Shown piece by piece: positions 58,843 to 64,000 of a stretch of 64,000 nucleotides of DNA. A program made the position numbers and the translations under genes. The DNA comes from Thermoproteota archaeon (GTDB lineage: Archaea > Thermoproteota > Thermoprotei > Gearchaeales > Gearchaeaceae). How positions within the stretch are numbered: the first letter of the stretch is position 1; every line of letters starts with the position of its first letter. Location: assembly GCA_021324265.1 (NCBI GenBank), contig JAJPJK010000008.1, forward strand, positions 33,041 through 97,040, in the 5' to 3' direction. Below the pieces are notes generated by a model, which was not told the DNA's origin, ran no database searches, and was given only the letters and a program-made list of their open reading frames with translations.

Positions 58843-60593
58843 TTCTTAACTACCTCAATTGCTCTCTCATAAACATCAATCGGCGTAATAGGTTCACCGT
58901 CATACCTCAGCACTTTATTTTCTATATTTATACCTGTGAACATTCTAATTAATCTTCCTACTTGCGAGGTATAATTGCTCTCGACGATCATTGTTCGCTT
59001 CGCATTGCTAAGTATTTCCGATATTTCCTTAGCATGCATTGGATAAAGATATTTAAGCTCTAACGAATTAGCAACGATACCGTTTTCCTCGAGCATCTTT
59101 ATCGCTTCTTTAACAGTAAAACATGTAGAGCCCCAGCTTACGATAGTAAGATCTGCATCCTCAGGGCCTTGAAGTCTAGGTGCTGGCAGTTCTTTTATCA
59201 AATATTCTAGCTTCCTCATCCTCTTTTCCATCATTGCTTTCCTTATCTTAAGCATTGAAGGAAGACCTGCTAATACATCACTGACTAGATTGCCCTTCTC
59301 ATCATGTTCATCACTCGCAGCAACATGCATATAGCCAGCAGTGCCTGGAAGAGCTCTCGGCGATACTCCGTTTTCTGTTATCATGTATCTTTTGTAATCT
59401 TTTATTTCTCCTTCTTTAACTATCCATCCTCTATCAATTTTTACATCTAGATTTATTTCATCAGGATCCAGTGTTTCGATGCGCTCAGACAGATATAAGT
59501 CAAGTAAAATGATTACAGGCAATTGGTAACGCTCAGCAATATTGAAGGCTTCTATGGCTGTGTAATAACAATCTTTAACACTTGTAGGCGCAATTATTAC
59601 TTTCGGAAAATCACCTTGTCCTGCACCTAGTACTTGAAAGACATCTGCTTGTTCAGTTTTTGTAGGCAATCCTGTCGAAGGCCCTCCCCTTTGAGACTCG
59701 ACGACAACTATAGGAGTTTCTGTCATCGCTGCAAGGCCTATTGCTTCAGTCATCAAAGCGAAACCTCCGCCAGATGTGCCGCACATTGCCCTAACTCCAG
59801 CTAGTGCCGCTCCAATGGTCATGTTTATCACTGATATCTCGTCCTCAGGCTGAACAACGAGCATTTTACCTTTTGGCGCATGCTCAGCAAACCAATGCAA
59901 AATACTCGAAGCAGGTGTCATTGGGTATGCTGCATAGAACTTGCATCCAGCTCTATAAGCACCAAAGGCAAGTGCAATATTGCCTGCCATTGTTAGCCTT
60001 TTTTTCTTGGAATAGTCAAAGTTTATTGCAAGTGGAGCTAAATTGTTCTTCGCATATTCATATCCTGCCCTAGCTGCATTCAAATTCATTTCTATGATTT
60101 CCTTTGACTTATCCCCAAAGGTTTCTCTGATCTGGTTCTCAAGCGCTTCGATAGGTAGCTTTATGAGGTATGTGAAAGCACCTATTGCAACTACATTTTG
60201 GATAACGCTCAATGTTGAGAAGCGCCGGGCGATTTCTTGTAAAGGTATTTTGTATTCCAAGAACTTCTTTACCTTCTCGTTATCCCTTATCTCGAATTTC
60301 TTAGGATCGTATATAACGATACCACCCTCCTTTAGCCAAGGCATATCCTCGGTAATACCATCCTTATTGAGCGTGATGAGCACATCAAACATATCACCAA
60401 AATGAAAGAGCTTATCATTTGAAATTCTAATCTGATACCAAACATGTCCTCCTCGAATTACAGACTGATAGCCTCTAAAGGCAAAGACGTGCAAACCATT
60501 CCTTGAGCAGAGCTTGATAACCATTTCGCCAGCGGATTCAATACCATCCCCTGCAGCGCCTGCGATCCTTAAAGCCAAAGAGTTATTCATCAA
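58839..60593 (-). CDS. 2-oxoacid:ferredoxin oxidoreductase alpha subunit (fused gamma domain)
   Basis: GAAGDG, IRGG, YPMTPAS, TSGGGFALM, RGGPSTGLPT. Confidence 0.95.
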   Translation of the reverse strand: MMNNSLALRIAGAAGDGIESAGEMVIKLCSRNGLHVFAFRGYQSVIRGGHVWYQIRISNDKLFHFGDMFDVLITLNKDGITEDMPWLKEGGIVIYDPKKFEIRDNEKVKKFLEYKIPLQEIARRFSTLSVIQNVVAIGAFTYLIKLPIEALENQIRETFGDKSKEIIEMNLNAARAGYEYAKNNLAPLAINFDYSKKKRLTMAGNIALAFGAYRAGCKFYAAYPMTPASSILHWFAEHAPKGKMLVVQPEDEISVINMTIGAALAGVRAMCGTSGGGFALMTEAIGLAAMTETPIVVVESQRGGPSTGLPTKTEQADVFQVLGAGQGDFPKVIIAPTSVKDCYYTAIEAFNIAERYQLPVIILLDLYLSERIETLDPDEINLDVKIDRGWIVKEGEIKDYKRYMITENGVSPRALPGTAGYMHVAASDEHDEKGNLVSDVLAGLPSMLKIRKAMMEKRMRKLEYLIKELPAPRLQGPEDADLTIVSWGSTCFTVKEAIKMLEENGIVANSLELKYLYPMHAKEISEILSNAKRTMIVESNYTSQVGRLIRMFTGINIENKVLRYDGEPITPIDVYERAIEVVKK

Positions 60594-60721
60594 CGTATCT
60601 ATTTAGAAACCTATTTATATTTGTTCTGAATCCGAAACCAAGTAATTTTTCATATGTAGAAACAAGCCATGAAGGAATTTTTTTAAAAATTTTCAATTTT
60701 TTCCCAAAAAATTAGAAAAAA

Positions 60722-60749
60722 CGAAAAGAATAAATACAAATATTTATTC
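60722..60749 (+). promoter_or_regulatory. BRE/TATA-like element inside the palindrome GAATAAATA-CAAA-TATTTATTC
   Basis: Perfect 9-bp inverted repeat at 60728-60749, purine-rich CGAAAAG upstream, ATG at 60758. Confidence 0.5.
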
Positions 60750-60757
60750 ATAAGCTC

Positions 60758-60802
60758 ATGCTCGGAGATCCAATACCTGATTGGCCATATGTACCAGTTT
60801 AG
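60758..60802 (+). CDS. Candidate 14-aa peptide MLGDPIPDWPYVPV
   Basis: ATG-to-TAG ORF, more GC-rich than its flanks, at leaderless spacing from a TATA-like box. Confidence 0.35.
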   Translation: MLGDPIPDWPYVPV

Positions 60803-60837
60803 ATAGATTTTTATATTAATAATTAACTATTTTTCTT

Positions 60838-62010
60838 ATGCCTATTCAGGAAACGGAAAAAAGTACTTTTCGCTTAAAAGAAGATGACTTAATCATCATG
60901 AACGCCTTGGAGAAATATGGCCCAAGGATCGGTTTAATTTGGCTTAAGAAAATGCTGGAAAAGGAGAACTTCAAGGGGAGCTACAGCAAGCTCATATATA
61001 GATTTTCGAAGCTAATAAACGCGAACGCGTTGCTATTTAAAACAGTCATAGACCATAGAAAATTGGGCTTGATGTTGACTTTCTTAAATATAAGAGCGCC
61101 TATAAAGAGAATAGAACTGATTAAAAAAGCAGTCGAAATTAATAATACTGTTGTTTTCCACAGCAGAATGTATGGTGAACATAATTACACAGCGATATTT
61201 GCGATACCTGAAGATAGCTACATGGATTTCAGAGCATATACTGAGCTAATCCACGTGCTCGATGTCGAGGATCTTAATAGGCAAATTATTAAAGAGACAA
61301 TATATCCGCCAATTGGCCTTGGATGGTATGATCGACAAAGAGGCGAAATTATATGCAATTTTGATAAGTTAAAATTAGAAATCGAAGAACTGCTAGACAA
61401 GGAAAAGAGGAAGAAAAAAGAAGAAGAAAAAAGAAGCGAAGAAAAGATCATAACACCAGTTAAGCTGGATGAAATGGACTTGAAGATCTTAAAGAATTTT
61501 GAAAAAAATGCAAGAGCTTCAGTTACAGATATAGCTAAAACGCTTGATGTAGTACCGCCTTTAGTCACCTATCACTTAAATGAGCATATAAACGAATACG
61601 GCTTAATCAAAAAGTACTTTGTAGCAGTTAATCCAAAACTTTTCATAAAAGACGACGCCTACGTAGCGTTGCTCGTGAAGTTCAAAAATGATTTATGGAG
61701 CAAAGCATTCATTGAAGCTATTAAGGATAAGCTATTTATCCATGCTATAAGAATTCTCTCAGATGATTCGATTCTAATGCATATGCACTTACCTTTCAAT
61801 GGTGTCATGCCACTTGAAAGGCTTTTGTGGGAATATACAAAGGAAGATATTGTTGAAAAGTTCGAAATTAATAGGATTGATGAAACTGAATCACAATCTT
61901 ATACGCTTCCATATGAACTCTACAAGAATGGTAGATTCAACTATCCACATGAGGAAATAATGAGGAAAGTAGAGGCACTCATAAGCGCTCCTGAACAAAT
62001 CGCCAAATAG
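60838..62010 (+). CDS. Tandem (wHTH + Lrp/AsnC-like) x2 transcription regulator
   Basis: Two repeats: LKEDDLIIMNALEKYGPR...RKLGL and LDEMDLKILKNFEKNARASVTDIAKTL, joined by a charged linker; TTTATATT at 60810-60817. Confidence 0.7.
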   Translation: MPIQETEKSTFRLKEDDLIIMNALEKYGPRIGLIWLKKMLEKENFKGSYSKLIYRFSKLINANALLFKTVIDHRKLGLMLTFLNIRAPIKRIELIKKAVEINNTVVFHSRMYGEHNYTAIFAIPEDSYMDFRAYTELIHVLDVEDLNRQIIKETIYPPIGLGWYDRQRGEIICNFDKLKLEIEELLDKEKRKKKEEEKRSEEKIITPVKLDEMDLKILKNFEKNARASVTDIAKTLDVVPPLVTYHLNEHINEYGLIKKYFVAVNPKLFIKDDAYVALLVKFKNDLWSKAFIEAIKDKLFIHAIRILSDDSILMHMHLPFNGVMPLERLLWEYTKEDIVEKFEINRIDETESQSYTLPYELYKNGRFNYPHEEIMRKVEALISAPEQIAK

Positions 62011-62018
62011 TTTTCTTA

Positions 62019-62459
62019 ATGGTTGGTCCTGTAGTTGCAGTAGGAGCGTTGATTAGGAACAAGAAGGGAGAAATACTGTTAGTTCAGTCTCCTAAGTGGC
62101 TAGAAAAACGATACAGCGTTCCTGGCGGCCATGTAGAGTTGAATGAACGTCTAAGCGATGCTGTGGTAAGGGAAGCAAAAGAAGAAACTGGACTTGATGT
62201 TAGGCCGATAAAGCTCTTGCTAATTCAAGAGGTCATAAATCCTGAAGAATTCTATGAAAGAGAAAGACACTTCATTTTTTTCGATTTTTTATGCGAAGCT
62301 ATGAGCGAAGATGTGAAGTTAGATAATGTTGAGCTCATAGATTACGTTTGGGTTGAGCCAAAGAAGGCACTCGATTTGAAACTTGAAAGTTATACGCGCA
62401 GGCTAGTAATGAAGTACTTGAAATATCTAGAAGGAGACAGAGAAACAGAGATCGTTTAG
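62019..62459 (+). CDS. NUDIX hydrolase
   Basis: Nudix box GGHVELNERLSDAVVREAKEETGL. Confidence 0.93.
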   Translation: MVGPVVAVGALIRNKKGEILLVQSPKWLEKRYSVPGGHVELNERLSDAVVREAKEETGLDVRPIKLLLIQEVINPEEFYERERHFIFFDFLCEAMSEDVKLDNVELIDYVWVEPKKALDLKLESYTRRLVMKYLKYLEGDRETEIV

Positions 62460-62493
62460 ATAAATTTTTCTATTGCAATGATTTAAAAAACAA

Positions 62494-63135
62494 ATGAGTC
62501 TCTTTGGCTTCATAAGTGATGTGATTATAGGCTTCATTTCTAGCTATGGATTGCTCGGTGTTTTAATTCTGATGATCCTAGAAAGTGCTTTGCTGCCCTT
62601 TCCAAGTGAAGTTATCATGCCATTTAGTGGTTTTGTAGCATATAACAAGAATGAGGGGATTTATGGATTGCTTTTATATAGCACAGCAGGCGTAATAGGC
62701 AATCTAATTGGTGCATGTATATCATACTTAATTGGTATGCTTGTAAAGAGAGAAGTTCTTGATAAATATTTAAAATATCTTTTCATTAAGAGAAGCCACC
62801 TAGATAAGGCTGAACATTGGTTTAAGAAAAATGGCTATTTAGCAGTTTTCCTAGGTAGGATGATGCCTGCGATAAGAACAGTTATCAGCCTCCCTGCAGG
62901 AATCTTTAAGCTGAATATCCCAGCTTTTCTTATATTGACAATTATCGGTAGCTTCCCATGGAACTTCGGACTTGCATATATGGGCTATCTATTAGGAGAA
63001 AAATGGAGTGTTATCTTAGATTATTCTCCATACATAGATGTAGTTATCGTGATCGCAGTTGTACTTTTCTTGCTCAATTTCTTTGAAATTTTGACAACTA
63101 AAAAACTAGCCAAGATCATTCCCATACATAAATAA
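62494..63135 (+). CDS. DedA family membrane protein
   Basis: LESALLPFPSEVIMPFSG, GRMMPAIRTVISLPAG. Confidence 0.92.
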   Translation: MSLFGFISDVIIGFISSYGLLGVLILMILESALLPFPSEVIMPFSGFVAYNKNEGIYGLLLYSTAGVIGNLIGACISYLIGMLVKREVLDKYLKYLFIKRSHLDKAEHWFKKNGYLAVFLGRMMPAIRTVISLPAGIFKLNIPAFLILTIIGSFPWNFGLAYMGYLLGEKWSVILDYSPYIDVVIVIAVVLFLLNFFEILTTKKLAKIIPIHK

Positions 63136-63157
63136 GCCAAAGGAGAATATAGAAGAG

Positions 63158-64000
63158 ATGAATGGTCTGGCTCCGTTCATAATATTAGTGATTGTTTTAT
63201 CTTTTCTAACCATTTTCAATCTGCCCTTAAACGTGATATTCAACGATTCTTTACCTAAGCTACCTAATCAAATGATAGAGCTTGGTCAAATCAACGATGA
63301 TTCGAAGATAAATCTTACGATAGGACTCAAGATGCAAAACCAAAGTTACCTTGAAGCTCTCATAACGAGTGGAAAGATAGCTACCCCAATTCCTCATAGC
63401 TTATTAGAACAGTTTCTGCCAAGCAATGAAGCTTACAAAAGAGTTCTAGATTTCGTTGCTAAGGCTAATCCGTATAAGATAACTACGTTTAAGGACAGGT
63501 TGCTTATATCATTCGAAGCAAACGCTAAAAACATAGAAAATTTACTAAAGGTAAAAATATACAAAGCGTATTATAATGGATCTATTTATTATTATTCCAC
63601 CTCGCCAATATTAAGTGGAGAAATTGCACAATACATCGAGGGATTTGCAGGTCTTAACAACTTCACGCATTATAAAAACATGTTGTCAATGCAACTCGAG
63701 AACGCTGCGCTTACACCTAATGCTTTGCGCTCAATATATGGGATAAATAAACTCATAGATAAGGGCTTCAATGGTACAGGCCAAACATTAGTTATTGCAT
63801 CTGTAGGTACTTTTAGGCAAGCTGATGTAAATAGCTTCTTCAACGCCTTTAACTTACCAACAGGAAACATCGAAGTCCATCAAGTTCAGGGCACGCTACT
63901 AGCAATCGAAGCTGAAACTACAATCGATATAGAGTGGGCAAGAGCTACTGCGCCTGGAGCAAGGATTGTACTTGTTACTATATCAGATTCAAGTTTTGAT
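63158..64000 (+). CDS. S53 (sedolisin/kumamolisin) peptidase, truncated by the window edge
   Basis: Not in the track. Signal peptide MNGLAPFIILVIVLSFL, pro-domain, G.NGTGQT, catalytic ExxxD in ETTIDIEWARATAPGA. Confidence 0.85.
   Translation, partial: MNGLAPFIILVIVLSFLTIFNLPLNVIFNDSLPKLPNQMIELGQINDDSKINLTIGLKMQNQSYLEALITSGKIATPIPHSLLEQFLPSNEAYKRVLDFVAKANPYKITTFKDRLLISFEANAKNIENLLKVKIYKAYYNGSIYYYSTSPILSGEIAQYIEGFAGLNNFTHYKNMLSMQLENAALTPNALRSIYGINKLIDKGFNGTGQTLVIASVGTFRQADVNSFFNAFNLPTGNIEVHQVQGTLLAIEAETTIDIEWARATAPGARIVLVTISDSSFD

Noticed and set aside
61399-61446. GAA/AAA-rich stretch as a tandem repeat
   Set aside because: It encodes a Lys/Glu-rich linker and has no fixed period.
60838-62010. 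Fused siroheme decarboxylase AhbAB (same double Lrp-like fold)
   Set aside because: It lacks the H(N/C)YxR motifs and has no heme-biosynthesis neighbours.
707-63870. Many 60-160 aa antisense or nested ORFs in the track (e.g. 707-1039, 7516-7893, 25817-26299, 40021-40470, 55328-55615, 63670-63870)
   Set aside because: They lie within well-supported genes and have no motifs; they are shadow frames.
1-64000. CRISPR array, tRNA, rRNA, intact IS or integrase
   Set aside because: No regularly spaced repeats, GC-rich structured RNA islands, or transposase/integrase motifs were seen by eye.

Overview
This is a gene-dense, AT-rich chromosomal segment from an archaeon, most plausibly a (thermo)acidophilic aerobic heterotroph of the TACK group. 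That inference rests on leaderless genes behind TATA boxes, a LysW pathway, a PolB2 operon, a PDO and F420-type oxidoreductases. I see about 55 CDSs and no tRNA, rRNA, CRISPR array or intact transposase. Main modules, in order: glycosyltransferases with HtrA; pyruvate kinase; an OsmC / MetE-core / rhodanese cluster; a damage-inducible PolB2 (Dpo2) operon; CoA-linked catabolic genes; a three-subunit heme-copper oxidase with an unusual GHDAQY active-site loop; two copies of a TackOD1-like zinc protein plus NfrB-like GT2 module; LysW-dependent Arg/Lys biosynthesis; a peptide ABC transporter with an internally deleted binding protein; oxoprolinase AB; livMH/livK; 2-oxoacid:ferredoxin oxidoreductase; and a tandem HTH/Lrp-like regulator preceded by an unannotated 14-codon ORF with its own promoter. 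The best candidates for undescribed biology are the duplicated zinc-protein/GT2 modules (with a gene-conversion-like tract), the mini-peptide/regulator locus, the E-family/eNOR-like oxidase and the MetE-core/rhodanese/OsmC cluster. All family calls come from motif recognition by eye, not database searches.
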